Below are positions 12,587 to 25,500 of a DNA stretch of 64,000 bases, in pieces. Numbering within the stretch: the first letter of the stretch is position 1; the number at the start of each line of letters is the position of its first letter. Position numbers and translations under genes: made by a program. The DNA is from Azolla caroliniana. Lineage: Eukaryota; Plantae; Polypodiophyta. The stretch is taken from contig JBHGNT010000005.1 of the NCBI GenBank assembly GCA_043228905.1, positions 9,238,001-9,302,000 of the forward strand, written 5' to 3'. The notes beneath the pieces were generated by a model that did not search any database, was not told where the DNA came from, and saw nothing but the letters and a program-made list of their open reading frames with translations.

Positions 12587-15229
12587 TTTGGTAGTTCCAC
12601 CAAGTCGTAGGTGTAATTTGCATGCAAGGAGTCCATCTCATCTTGCATTGCACTTTGCCATTTCTCCTTGCACTCGTCTTCCATGGCCTCTTCGTAGAAT
12701 TCTGGTGCATCTTCATCAGTCAATAAAACATATTGATTGGTGTATCATGAGGGTGCTCGCTCTCCTTTGTCTAAATAGATATCTTCCACCTCCCATAGTC
12801 AGCTTAGGTTCAGATGTGTCTACTGACTCTTCACTCGGCTTGTATTCATACATGTTGATTGGTTGTTGAAAGTCGACCGACTTGGACTCGTATATTTCAA
12901 TCAACTTCTGTAGGTGTCCCGACTCTCACTCATATGTATTCGTCGGTTGCTCCGAGTCCACCAATTCGAATTCGGTTATTTCGACTGACAGTGTCCTCTC
13001 AGTCGACAGTGTATGGTCGGTTGGTCTTGAGTCGATAATAGTGGGAGTCGACTAGGAAGCCGATTCTGACTTCTGCTGTTTTCAGTCCTCGATTGTCTTG
13101 TCTTCCAAGAACACAATGTCCCAACTCCTCACCACCTTCTTGTCGAGTAAGTCCCACATCCTGTAGCTGAACTCATCCTTTGAGTAGCCCAGGAATATGC
13201 ATGGATTCGACTTGCTGTCAAGCTTCGACCTCTGATCCTTAGCTACATACATATATGCTAGACATCCGAACACCTTCAAGTGTTGATAGAATACATCTTT
13301 ATCTGTCCACACCCTATGTGGGACATCACCTTTCAGGGGCACTAAGGGAGACCTGTTGATAAGATAAACAATCATGTACATTTCCTCAGCCCAATATGAT
13401 TTTGGCAGCTTTGCATGCGACACCATGCTCCTCACTCTTTCCATGATAGTTCAATTCATCCTCTTTGCAAGCCCATTCAGCTCAAGGGTTTTTGGCACTA
13501 TGTATTTAACTTGAATACCTTGGGACTTGCAATACTCTTCAAACTGTCCTCTATACTCACCATCGTTGTCGGTTGAACAACCTTCAGCTTTCGACCTGAC
13601 TCTCTTTCATCTCTGACATGGAACTCCTAGAAGAATGAAAATACTTGATCCTTCAACTTTAGTACGAAAGCCCACAACTTTCGATTGTAATCATCAATGA
13701 ATGTTACAAAGTACTATCCACCACGATGTGATGGAGCATCCACGTAGCACACGTCGAGGTGTGCTTGTTCCAGTGCAGCTTTTCTTCTCCTTGGTGGTCT
13801 CGAGTGGAATGCAACTCTATTTTGCTTTCCAACCAGGCAATTGACACATCTCTCCAAATGCACTCCTTTTACTTCTAGAAGAAGTTTCTGGTCCACTAGG
13901 ATATGCATGCCTCTCGCTCATGTGACCAAGCCTCTTATGCCATATCTCTCCACTTGAGTCGGTTGCCATGTTTGCTTCATCCTTGCACAACTTGGCATGC
14001 ATCATACACAAAGTGCCTTATTTCTGTGCTCAGCCACTATGAGACTTCCCTTGCAAAACTTCCAATTGTTGTTTCGAAAACTACCATTGTAGCCTTCACC
14101 ATCCATTCTTCCAGTCAATATTAGATTCAACCTGATATTTGGCACATGTCGAACATCCCTTAGGGTCAACCGAAAACCAATCGACGTTGTCAGGCATACA
14201 CTTCCGATGCCGGCTATCTTGCATTCTCCATTGACTTCCATCTTTGTATAGGCACAATCACCAGTTGTGTAAGACGAGAAACACTCTTGAGGGAGTTATA
14301 TGGAAGGATGCACGAGAGCCGATCACCTAGGTGCACTCTTCATTTGCGAGGTTTACACTCTCTTGTTCACAAATGAACAAAAGCTCTTCTTCACTTGTAG
14401 CCATAGCCGAAGTGCCCTTCTCCTCAGGAATCCTTCTGGGTTCGACATCGTTCGAATTTGGAGAAGAAGTTCAAGAAGGATATGCCACACAAGTATGTGC
14501 AAGAGAACGCGAAATGGTAATGACAATGTATGAGAGATGTGGCAACATTGATGGTGACGATGTACGCAAGGAAGTCGAAGAATGTTACATGGTGATGATG
14601 TGCGAGAAATGGAATCGACAAGAATGTGAGAAAAGGCGATGACAATGTGCATGAATTGATAGTATGTGATGTGCGAGAGAGCGGGAAATGGCAGATTGAT
14701 TGCCAAAACGATTATGCTGCGAACTAAATTACTAATGTATATACAAGGGTGTTCTATTTGGTGTCCCGCAGAAAATTGGAAATGGAGATCTATGGGGAAT
14801 GCTCAACTTTTTCAACTTGCTTCATTCATCTACATCCATTTTTGAGTTTTCTCTAGGGCCAAGAACATTGAAGTACATCCTCGTCGCAAATCACTTGCAA
14901 AGGATGGCGATTGCTATAGGGACGAAGTTGTATATATATTGACGGAAATGGAAGAAGATGAAGAGGCATAGCCCTTCTTAGAGTTTATGCCAAAGATGAG
15001 CATGGTTAATGCCATGATTCCCCCTATCTCTGAACCTATGCAAGATTCTAACTGTGGAAAGCTCCGCTGAGATTCCAATTTGAAGTTGAATGGTTTGGTG
15101 GACCTTTGGAATGTCAATGACAATTTGTCACATACATATGTTTGTTAAAACCTAGAGATATTGAAGATGATCCTGTAGTTAAGCAATTCATGAAGAATGT
15201 CAAAGATTTTGTTGGAAACTGAAGCAAAC

Positions 15230-15521
15230 TATTGAGAATCAAGCTCAACTTGGTCTAGTGTGTGAACTCACCTTGAGAGTGAATAGACACTCCAACGGTC
15301 AAGAGTCACCATTATGTCACCTCTTTGTATTCTAGCATTTAGTATAAGTCATAGAATCATATTCTATGACACATAACTTATGAGCTTTCACATTCACCAT
15401 GCTCCATGCGTATTGTAGTTAATGAAGAGAGAGGGTGACTATATAAAGCACCCTCCTCCCATCTTGTATTAAGTTGAGCCTTTCTCCCTTGTTAATATAA
15501 TCTATCTTGCGTATACTCTGT

Positions 15522-15563
<42 letters not shown>

Positions 15564-18500
15564 TCTCTCTCTCTCTCTCTCTCTCACATACACACACACA
15601 GTTCACACCTATTCCACTACACAAGAATCATACCCGATTATTTACATGGTATCAGCCCATCCGCGTGTGTTGAGTTCTACGTCGACGTTCAAGAAGAACC
15701 GGCTCATCGCTATCGTAGCTTCGCTACATAGCTCGCATTCGAAGAGAGAAGAAGAAGAAGAAGAATCGACATAATGAATACTCAAAAAGGGGAGCGCTCT
15801 CCCTACCGAGAAGTTGGATCGAAACAACTTTGCATCTTGGGAGTACAAGATGCACCAATACCTTGTCGGACAAGGCTATTGGAGCTACATCAAAGGAGAG
15901 CATGAAGACCGACCCGCCGAAGCGGCTCCCGGATACGCGACATGGGAGCAAGCCGCAAGCCGCGTGATGCATTGTTTGGCGACATGTGTTCACGATCATA
16001 TGCTCGGCTACATTCGCGAAGCCAAGACGCCGAAGGAGGCATGGGAAAATCTACGAAAGATTTTCGCGGCGAACACAACCACAAGAAGGCTTCAACTCCG
16101 CCAATTGAACAACATTCAACAAAGGGACATGTCCATCACGACATACACCTTGAAGATCAAGGAGCTTTGCGACTCGCTTGACTTGATAAGCGTAAGTATC
16201 GATGATGATGAGATGGTGCAAATATGCCTCGGCGGCCTCGAACCAGGGTTTGGCGCGATGCGAACCACCATTCTAGCAAGGGAGAAATCTCCCTCCTTCT
16301 TCGAGCTCCAATCAATGCTATTGGTCGACGAAAACCACGTGCGTACAAGGAGCACTGAGTCGGAAGGCCACATGCTTTACACGCACTCAAACGGAGGAAG
16401 AGGATGCGGAGAGCGAGAGGCCGATTCGGCCAAGGACAAGGCGGACAAGGTCCGACCTACGACAACAACTCCCAATTTCGGCCGCAAAACGGAAGCCAAC
16501 GAGGAACTTCGCAAGAAGGGGGAGCTTCTACTCCGGCCTGAGTCATCAAAACGTAACTAAATGCGGATATTGCGGAAAGCTCGGCCACCACGAAGAAGAG
16601 TGCCGAAAGAAGATGCGTGAGTCGGCTTCCACAAGCCGACAATTCACGAATTACGTGCACAATTCCGACTACGAGGAGTATAGCGGAATGTACAGGCACA
16701 ACTCCGACTACGAAGATGGTGGCAGAATGTATGCACACAACTCCGACCGTGGTGGAATGTTCATGATGAAACATAGAGCAAACTCTATGTTGGCCTCTAC
16801 CTCAACTAGTGCCTCTAGTCCGGAAGACGTATGGTTCGTCGATTCCAGTGCCTCGAACCATATGACATCACATCAAGAATGGTTTCGAGAACTTCGAGAG
16901 TCGGACCGACCCGGCTATGTCGAAACCGGAGACGACACTACGCACCCGATTCGGCACATCGGCAATGTTCCGTTCGGAAAAGAAGGTAAGCAAAATTACA
17001 TTAAAAATGTCTTGCATGTACAGACCATTACGAAGAATTTGGTCTCTGTCGGCCAAATTGTAGAACAAGGGATGCAAGTTCGATTTAATCAAGGCAGTTG
17101 CTTCATCGAAAAAGAGGGCCGACTCATCGCACATGGACGAAGAGAGGGCCAAATCTTCATTCTCGACTCACACAAGATGAAATCATCCTTGTTCGCAAAG
17201 GGCATGAAAACCGACTCCGACATATGGCACAAGCGAATCGGCCACATCAATCTCAACAAACTTAAAGCAATGAAATCGAAAGGAGTCATCATCGGACTTC
17301 TGACATTCAAAGAGAAGGAGATTGAAGGTGTATGCGAAGCGTGCCAATTCGGCAAGCAACACCGACACCCATTCCCGAAAGAGCGGAACGTGAGCAAAGG
17401 TCTACTCGACGTAGTCCATTCAGACGTATGGGGACCGGCGCAGACGGCTACATTCGGTGGATGCCGATATTACGTGCTCTTCATCGACGACTTCTCTAGG
17501 CACACTTGGATCTACCCGATGCGGCAAAAGAGCGAAGTGTTCGGACACTTCCCAAAATTCAAGAATGAAGTCGAGAAATCCATGGGCCGACATGTACGAT
17601 GCCTTCGATCGGATGGCGGCAATGAGTACTTCTCGGACGATTTCACGGCGTATCTCCGAAAGGAAGGAATTCGGCGAGAATTCACTTGCCGACACACTCC
17701 GCAACAAAACGGAGTAGCCAAGCGCAAAAATCGGCACATCCTCGAAGTAGCGCGAGCCATGATGAACGAGAAGCATATGCCCAAGTCTTATTGGGCCGAA
17801 GCTGCAAATACGGTCATCTACCTAATGAACCAGTGCACAACATCCGGCGTGCACGAGGTCACTCCGCACGAAAAATACTTCAGAAAGAAGCCGGACTTAT
17901 CGCACACCCGGATATTCGGCGCAATAGCGTATGTGCACATACCCGATGAGAAGCGTCAAAACCTTGACCCGAAGTCGGAGAAATGTATCCTCATAGGGTA
18001 CTCATTGGAGCAAAAGGGGTACAAGTGCTACAACCCCTCAACTCGAAAATCTCGCGTAAATCGAGACGTCGTTTTTGACGAGTCCGCATCCTGGTACGCA
18101 CTAGAGACAACTCCAACTCCGACTCCACTCAACCTGGAATCCGCCGAACAAGAGATAGAGGATGAAGATAGCCTTACGCGCATGTTTGAAGAAAGTCTGA
18201 TCACGACCCGATTGAGCAGACCACAAGAGCCTTTGAGCGATCAAAGCACATCACGGCCTAGCCCGAAGATGGACAAAGGCAAGGCGAAAATGGCGGAATA
18301 CAAAGACAATCGCTTCGACGACGATGAGTCGACTCACTCACTCAATAGTGAGTTCGACGACTTCTATGTACCAATCGGAGCTAAGAAAGCCCTCATCTCT
18401 ACAAATGAAAAGCTTCGTCACTCCACCCGTGAAAAGAATCTGGTCAGCCGATTCGGCTACAACAACTACATGGCATATCACTATGCCTTTATGATGAAGG

Positions 18501-20649
18501 TGGTGACAGTACGCGAGCCAGAAACATTCTCCGAAGCAGCCAAGGATCCGCGATGGATTGAAGCCACGCAAGGAGATGCAGGCACTACGCAAGAATGAGA
18601 CGTGGGATCTCGTTCCCACCTCACCACACAAAAAGGCGATTGGATGCAAATGGATTTACAAAGTGAAGTACAACGCCGACGGTTTCGTCAACCGCTACAA
18701 AGCGCGACTCGTAGCGAAAGGCTACGCACAAACGCACGGAGTTGACTACGAAGAGACCTTTGCGCCGGTGGCAAAGATGACGACGGTACGAACCGTAATT
18801 GTGCTTGCCACCGCGAAAGGGTGGCACCTCCATCAAATGGACATCAAGAACGCCTTTCTATAAGGCGAATTGGAAGACGAGGTGTACATGATACAACCAC
18901 CCGGCTTCATCTCGAGCACCCATCCGAAAGCTATATGCCGACTCAAGAAACCACTCTACGGCCTCAAGCAAGCACGTGCTTGGCATTCGAAGATAACGCA
19001 ATATCTTCATCAAATCGGCTTCCGTATGTCAAAATCGGACAATTCCCTCTACATACGAAGCGATTCCTCAAGTCCGATCGTCATCATCTTATATGTGGAT
19101 GACCTAGTCATTGGAGGTGAGCATCTCGTCGAAATCAATAAGGTCAAATCCCTCCTTTCCGACAAGTTCGAGATGACGGACATGAAGGAGCTCCACTACT
19201 TCCTCGGCATAGAGGTAATTCGGACTCCGGCCGGAATCATGATCTCTCAACGACACTACATCCTCAACTTGTTATACAAGTTTGGGATGGTTGAGTGCAA
19301 ATCTGCGGCAACCCCACTCGATCGCAATCTCAAACTAGATGCGAACTCCGGCATCAAAGCGTGTGAGCCGAACCAGTATCAGCAACTCATCGGGAGTCTC
19401 ATCTACCTCACGATCACTCGACGTAATCTCAGTTATCCGGTCTGTCTCCTTAGTCAATTCATGCAAACACCGCGTGATACTCACTTGGATTGCGCTAAGC
19501 GAGTTCTACGATATGTGAGCAGCACAATGGATTGTGGCATCCTATACAAGATCGTGATGCTAATACAACTCGAGGGGTACACAAACGCCGATTGGGCCGG
19601 CTACAAAGCCGATAGAAGATCAACCTCCGGATTTGTTTTTTCCCTCGGTAGTGGAGCAATATGTTGGAGCAGCAAAAAGCAACCAACCGTCTCTCTTTCG
19701 AGCACAGAGGCGGAGTATAGGAGCACGACAGTGGCCGCATGTGAAGCCGTATGGCTCAAAAGGATACTCACGGATCTGGGCGTACCCATCAAGGATCCGA
19801 CTTCCCTTTACTACGACAACATAAGCAGTATCTATTTGGCTCAGAACCCAATGTTCCACGCGTGGACAAAGCACATCGAAGTGCACTATCACTTCATCCG
19901 AGAGCGCATTCTAGCTGGCGATGTTGACCTACAACACATTAGCACCAATCTTCAAACGGCCGACATCTTCACTAAAGCCTTAGGAGCCGACAAGTTGTGG
20001 CAATTCATGACCAATCTCGGATTGACGATCCCTGACCTGCCAAGCTTGAGGGGGAGTACTGAAGCAACTACGCAATAACGCGTGGATTCCGCAACCGTGC
20101 AACGAATCCGTGAAGAAAGATGCAAGCCGAAGCACAGACTTCGCAACTACACTCAACGCAAGCTGGAGCACGGATTCCGCAACCGTGCAACGAATCCGTG
20201 AAGAAAAATGCAAGCCGAAGCACAAACTTCGCAACTACACTCAACGCAAGCTGGAGCACGGATTCCGCAACTCCGCATATATGTGAGTTGACGCGGACTC
20301 TGGAACGCAAGTCGAAGGGGATTTCGGATACCGTCTAAAACCGACCCAACTTGAGGGGGTGTGTTAAGAATCTAGCTCAACTTAGTCTAGTGTGTGAACT
20401 CACCTTGAGAGTGAATAGACACCCCAACGGTCAAGAGTCACCATTATGTCACCTCTTTGTATTCTAGCATTTAGTATAAGTCATAGAATCATATTCTATG
20501 ACACATAATTTATGAGCTTTCACATTCCCCATGCTCCATGAGTCTTGTAGTTAATGAAGAGAGAGGGTGCTTTATAAAGCACCCTCCTCCCATCTTGTAT
20601 TAAGTTGAGTCTTTCTCCTTTGTTAATATAATCTATCTTGCGTATACTC

Positions 20650-20704
<55 letters not shown>

Positions 20705-20760
20705 CACACACACAGTTCACACCTATTCCACTACACAAGAATCATACCTGATTATTTACA
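15230..20760 (+). mobile_element. Full-length Ty1/Copia element C with both LTRs (15230-15646, 20362-20760), PBS, PPT and 5-bp TSD CAAAC
   Basis: CAAAC at 15225-15229 and 20761-20765; PBS TGGTATCAG 15647-15655; PPT TTGAGGGGGTG before 20362; highly similar LTRs; domain order gag-PR-INT-RT-RH. Confidence 0.95.
15774..20078 (+). pseudogene. gag-pol polyprotein of element C, disrupted by frameshifts and an in-frame stop
   Basis: Consecutive ORFs 15814-16560, 16613-18598, 18558-18863 and 18870-20078 encode gag, PR (WFVDSSASNHMT), INT (HSDVWGP, LRSDGG, QQNGVAKRKNR), RT (YVDDL) and RNase H (TKHIEVHYHF). A CCHC knuckle (CGYCGKLGHHEEEC) lies at about 16562-16603. Confidence 0.9.
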
Positions 20761-21347
20761 CAAACGATTGTGTGACCAAATCTATTTTTGCCAAAGATGG
20801 TCATTTGAGTTTAGTCTATAATCATGGATAGATTATCACAAGCAAATACATTTCTCAAATAAGGAGGTAAAATCAAACATTATTATCCAAAATCAAGTCT
20901 AAGTGATAGTAGAGTTTTAGCCACAGAAGAAAATCGCAAAATGCCCGCCATAGAAGCGAATGGTGATAATTGTGCAATCGCGAAGAAGATAATGGAGTTC
21001 GTGTTTTAAAGGCCTGAAGGAAGAAGGAGAAGGAGAAGGAGAAATGCCATAACCAAGATTGAGAAGGAGACAACAACTCACAATAGTGGCTGGACAACGG
21101 CCAAGGACAACACTAGCGGTCAGACAACGGCTGGACATCGTCTGGACAGTGGCGGCGACCGACCAACTGACAATTGGATAGAAGGCAGGACGACGGCCGG
21201 AACGGAGAGACAAAGAAATGGAGACAGCTATGGAGCGAAGGACAACAATCAAAACAACGACAAAGCCGGGATGACCACTGGACAACAACGAACACAGACG
21301 GCCGGAAAGACGAACAGATGGCCAAATAGGGCTAGATAGGGAGGAGA

Positions 21348-22520
21348 TGACGTTGAAGGTGATGGAGGAAGTGACGAAAGAAAGAATGGAGCTCCAATCA
21401 CAACACTACGAGTAAGTGCAACAAGCAGAGACGGTTTTGGATAAGTTGCAAACGACCTACCAGACCCAATTTATGGAGTATGAAGTACAGGCGAAAGCAG
21501 TTGCTGAACTCATCAAGTAGCTCAAGAATGCGAAGGAGGTCACAAAGGACCAGACGAAGCTCGGCATCAAAAGAATTCGGATGATTGTCGAAGCATGGAG
21601 GGACCGCGAAGACAAAGATCAACGATTGTTCATCGTCGGTATGGAATGAATGGTCCCGAGAAGCGGCGGAACTCCAGATACTTCCGGGCTGATGCAGAAA
21701 ATCGGAAAAAGGCCGACGACAATTTCTACAAGATGGATGAAGAAAGCATTGTCACCATTCGGGATGAATTGTTGGATGATTTTTTTGCCTTCGCCAAAAA
21801 TCGCCTAGACGTTGTCTAGAAGCTCATCGAAAGGCTCGAAGAAGATCAACTCGACACACAACTGCAATTCGAGCGATACGAGCGGGAGCAACGGCGAAAA
21901 GAAGCAGAAAAATGAGTAGAGGCCATAAACATCAACGATGAGGAAAAATCCGCGGAGCCACAACCACAACCTGAAGAACAACCGGATCAACAGAAGGAAG
22001 TAGCCGAAACGGAGCAGACAGAGAAAGTTGGAAGTGAGGGGATTGGAACGGACCAGCCAGAGGGAGTTGGAGCAGAGCGACAACAGCAACAGCAAAACGA
22101 AGAACCACTCGAACCCTTGGATCAAAGCATATTGAACATACTCGACGATGAGTGAAGGAGATAACACGTGGTTTTGACGTGCAAAGCACTATCCCACAAG
22201 CGTGCCATGTGTTGGTCTAGGAGTATGGACCGGAGGGTTAATATGTACAAGGACGAGTCGGGGAATAATATTAGCATAATTATTAGGAAATATTATAGGA
22301 ACATGCGGATCCGAAATAGTTGTACCGATCCAAATCCGGACCGATTGATAGTCGATAGCCGGTAAGGCACCGTTTTGTATTTCCAACCGGATGCCTATAA
22401 AAGGATTCGGGAATTGATGTAATTAAGAGCGGAAGTAATACAAGTTTGAGCGTTCTAATTTAATTCTATTGTGTCTCTTGTCTAATTGTCGTTTGCTTTG
22501 CTAGTGGGGAGACTACATCA
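21348..22520 (+). mobile_element. Long LTR (~1.17 kb), probably the 3' LTR of a decayed Gypsy-type element, with upstream 3'-UTR remnant
   Basis: Polypurine AGGGAGGAGA directly precedes TGACGT; the stretch ends ...GGGGAGACTACATCA; TATA-like CTATAAAAGG near 22395; purine-rich and non-coding. No TSD found; superfamily is an inference. Confidence 0.5.
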
Positions 22521-25500
22521 GTACACTATCTTTTTCTACACATGTAGCATTATGTCACATTACTCTTTGTGTGTCATGTTGATACTAATGTATTTGTGTG
22601 TGCAATAAAGATGCATTGCACCAAAATGGGAAAAGGATAGGCTCTATACTGATGGTTTATGTTTTGCAATAGTAAGATTGTGGGTCCAAGAATGTGTTTG
22701 ATGTTGCGTTCAATACAAAGGACTTCATTAGTTTGAGATTGTGCAAATTAACAATGGCCTCTTGAAATTTGGATTTAAAACATTGAAATTGATGAAAAGA
22801 AAATAAAAATATCCAAGGATTGGTAATAAAATGGTCCAAATTTGTGAAGTTCTTGCTTTCACATGGAGTGGAGATGGAGTATAGGATCCAAAATTGTGAG
22901 ATTCATTCTTCTCATATAGAGTTGAGATGGAATATATATAGTCAGTCATTCTCTTATATGTCACCTTTACCTAAGTGTTATGTTTGACATGGTTTGTGTA
23001 TACTCATTTTATTCTCTAATTCCTTATTATACGAGCATGCAAGCCCCTAAAGGTGTGGTAGCCACAAAAGAGTGAAAGCATGACGTTGTCTATGATAATC
23101 ATGTTTCCATATCTCAATGAGAAAAAGCAATATTAGCATCCTCACATACACCACTCATATCAATTATATTCTCCACACGTAGACTCCACAATTTTGAATT
23201 TGATTTTGTACTCAAGTATAATCCATAGGTTTGATGATCAACGAAGGAACATGTTACTTAGCCTTCTTAGAAGGGGCCCCATTTTTCTTACATTGACAAT
23301 AAGATATAGGCACCAATAATGGGTTCTATTGGATAGAAGTATCAATACCCATGGATTTGTGTACACCTGTTCCCATGAGAGGGACGATTCATTTAAAGTC
23401 CCTTTCCTTGAGAATATCATGATTCACAACGTTCTAATGGAACCTCGATCTATAAAATACCAATTAGGCTTGTATGTTTTCTTGCAACATGAAAGTGACA
23501 AAGCAAGGAAGGTAAAACAAACACATCCACATTAATAATATTCGACGAATGTTTTTTGAGGTGCGGATTATTTGCTCTGCATCATTGTATAATGAAGATT
23601 TTGATGTAAAAATTAGGAGAAAAGCATCAAAGTCATGTTCTTAAGCATAAAATAAACGTTTGCTTGCACAATGCACACATTTGGTGCTTGATTCCAAAAC
23701 TTTACATATATTTATTTATTCTTTGCACAACCTTGATGCTCGATCGAGATTTCTACCGACTATTGACCATTTGACATGTACATGTTTTGAAAAGTTTACC
23801 AATTTTGGGATGGCACTAAGTGTTGGGTTCACAAAGCTACATTACCTAGCCACATGGCCAACTTAAAAAGTATGTTCCTTATTTGGTGTGCTAGTTTTAA
23901 TCTTTATTTGGCACTAATAGAGGATGCATCCAAACCTCTACAACATTGGGTTCAAACTATAAGGGCCCAACCAAGTCGGGGTTCTTTGTTGAGCATGGAT
24001 AGATGTGTATGCACACATAAATGCGCAACATCTAGTGATCTATTGATAGTATATCATGTCATTAACGGTGGTGATCATGAACTATGACAAAGGAGGTGGT
24101 TTGGTAGTCAATGCGTAGTTCAATTGACGAGGTTATCACATCAATGGTTTATGTGTAGTCCAATTGACTAGGCCCCATACATATGAATGGTTATGTGTTA
24201 AGTGATTATGTATCGAAAATCAATGCCATATCTCTCATGTGAGAGGCACACTCAAAGGGCAATAGCTAGAACTTGATGTGGATACGAGCATTGACTTTGT
24301 TAACGTACTTATGCCAACCCCAAGAGCTTGCGAATGTGAAAGTTGTAAACCTATATTTTGAGCAATGAATCAGTTTATGCAACGCAACCTCAACATCATG
24401 AGCTTTTTGAAAGTTATGTTCCTTAATCGTATCACCCTATGTACATATGTATATACATGACAATAGATCACAAGGTTGCATGAATGTATGGTAAGAGAAA
24501 AAAAAGCACAATCCCTATGTGGATGCGCCACATCTTTACGCGGTGCAAATGTAGGACGCCTCTAGGAACATTTTGTCCCAGCCCTAATAAGCTCAAAGAC
24601 ATGGACGTGTGAGCCCTAGAGTCTCACACCGCTCGCTCAACTGGACGATGGTGAAAGAGAAGAAGCGAAGGGTGAGAGGAGTTAAAACGGGAGAAGGAAA
24701 AAGACAAGAGGGATTGATGATGAGGACTCAGGAGGAGGAGGAGGAGGAGGAGAAGAGAGAAGAGAGAAGAAGAAGGAGCAGAAGAAGAAGTAAAAATAAA
24801 TAAAGAAAGAGAAAGCGAAGGATGGATGCCTTTCTTATCCATCCACGATACCACCATTTGGTTTTGAAAGGGGGGGGGGGGGGGGGTGGGATGGACGGTG
24901 GAGATGAGTCGAAGGGGATCAACGGCTGAGATGCATGGAGTCGCGTGCCCCCTGTTTCACTGCGCCTGGCGCACATATATTTTAATTTTAATTTTGATTT
25001 ATTTCTCATTTCCATTTTATTTATTTTCTGCAAAACAAAAATAATAACTCACTTCTTCACCCCTCGCCTTTCCCCTTCTGCTGTCTGCTCCATGCTCTGT
25101 TAGGGTTTCCTCTGTCTCTGTCTCTGTCTCTATCTCTATACATATGTGTGTGTGTGTGTCTTAGGGTTTTCTTCCTCTTCTGCTTCTCCATCTCTCTACT
25201 TATGGTTTGGGATCTCTCCCTATCCCCCTATGTGTAATTAGGGCTCAGGAGATTTCCCCCCAAGAAGAAGCTTCGAAGAGAATTACAAGTTTCCTTTTGT
25301 GAAGATTTGGAACACTGGCAGGGAATTTGGAATAGTAGCAGAGAATTTGGAACATAGGACGCAGTTAGAGAATTGGATCTGCTCCTTCCCACGGATTAGT
25401 TCAAGCTTCTCTACAGTCTATGGATTCTGTGACCTTCTAGACTCCATCCAACAAAGCAACAGACGGGAATTTCTGATCCATCCTGCTTTCACCTGTCTGT

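Larger units (their letters stand above)
7543..14450 (-). mobile_element. Ty1/Copia element B (different family), 5'-truncated: 3' LTR 7543-8227, PPT, RNase H, RT, integrase, GAG-pre-integrase, protease; interrupted by a DNA transposon at 9669-12586
   Basis: LTR bounded by TGTTAAG/CTTAACA, with PPT AGGGGGAG adjacent on the minus strand. Peptides TKHIQRMYHWLRE, QLDIKTSFLHGELDEEIYM, SLYGLKQAPRQW, CVDDMLV, LPKSYWAEE and WHKRLGHMSE; many stops and frameshifts. The 5' boundary is approximate. Confidence 0.88.

Noticed and set aside
14450-15229. Coding-like sequence between element B and element C
   Set aside because: Interrupted by stops and not assignable to any family; probably decayed TE.
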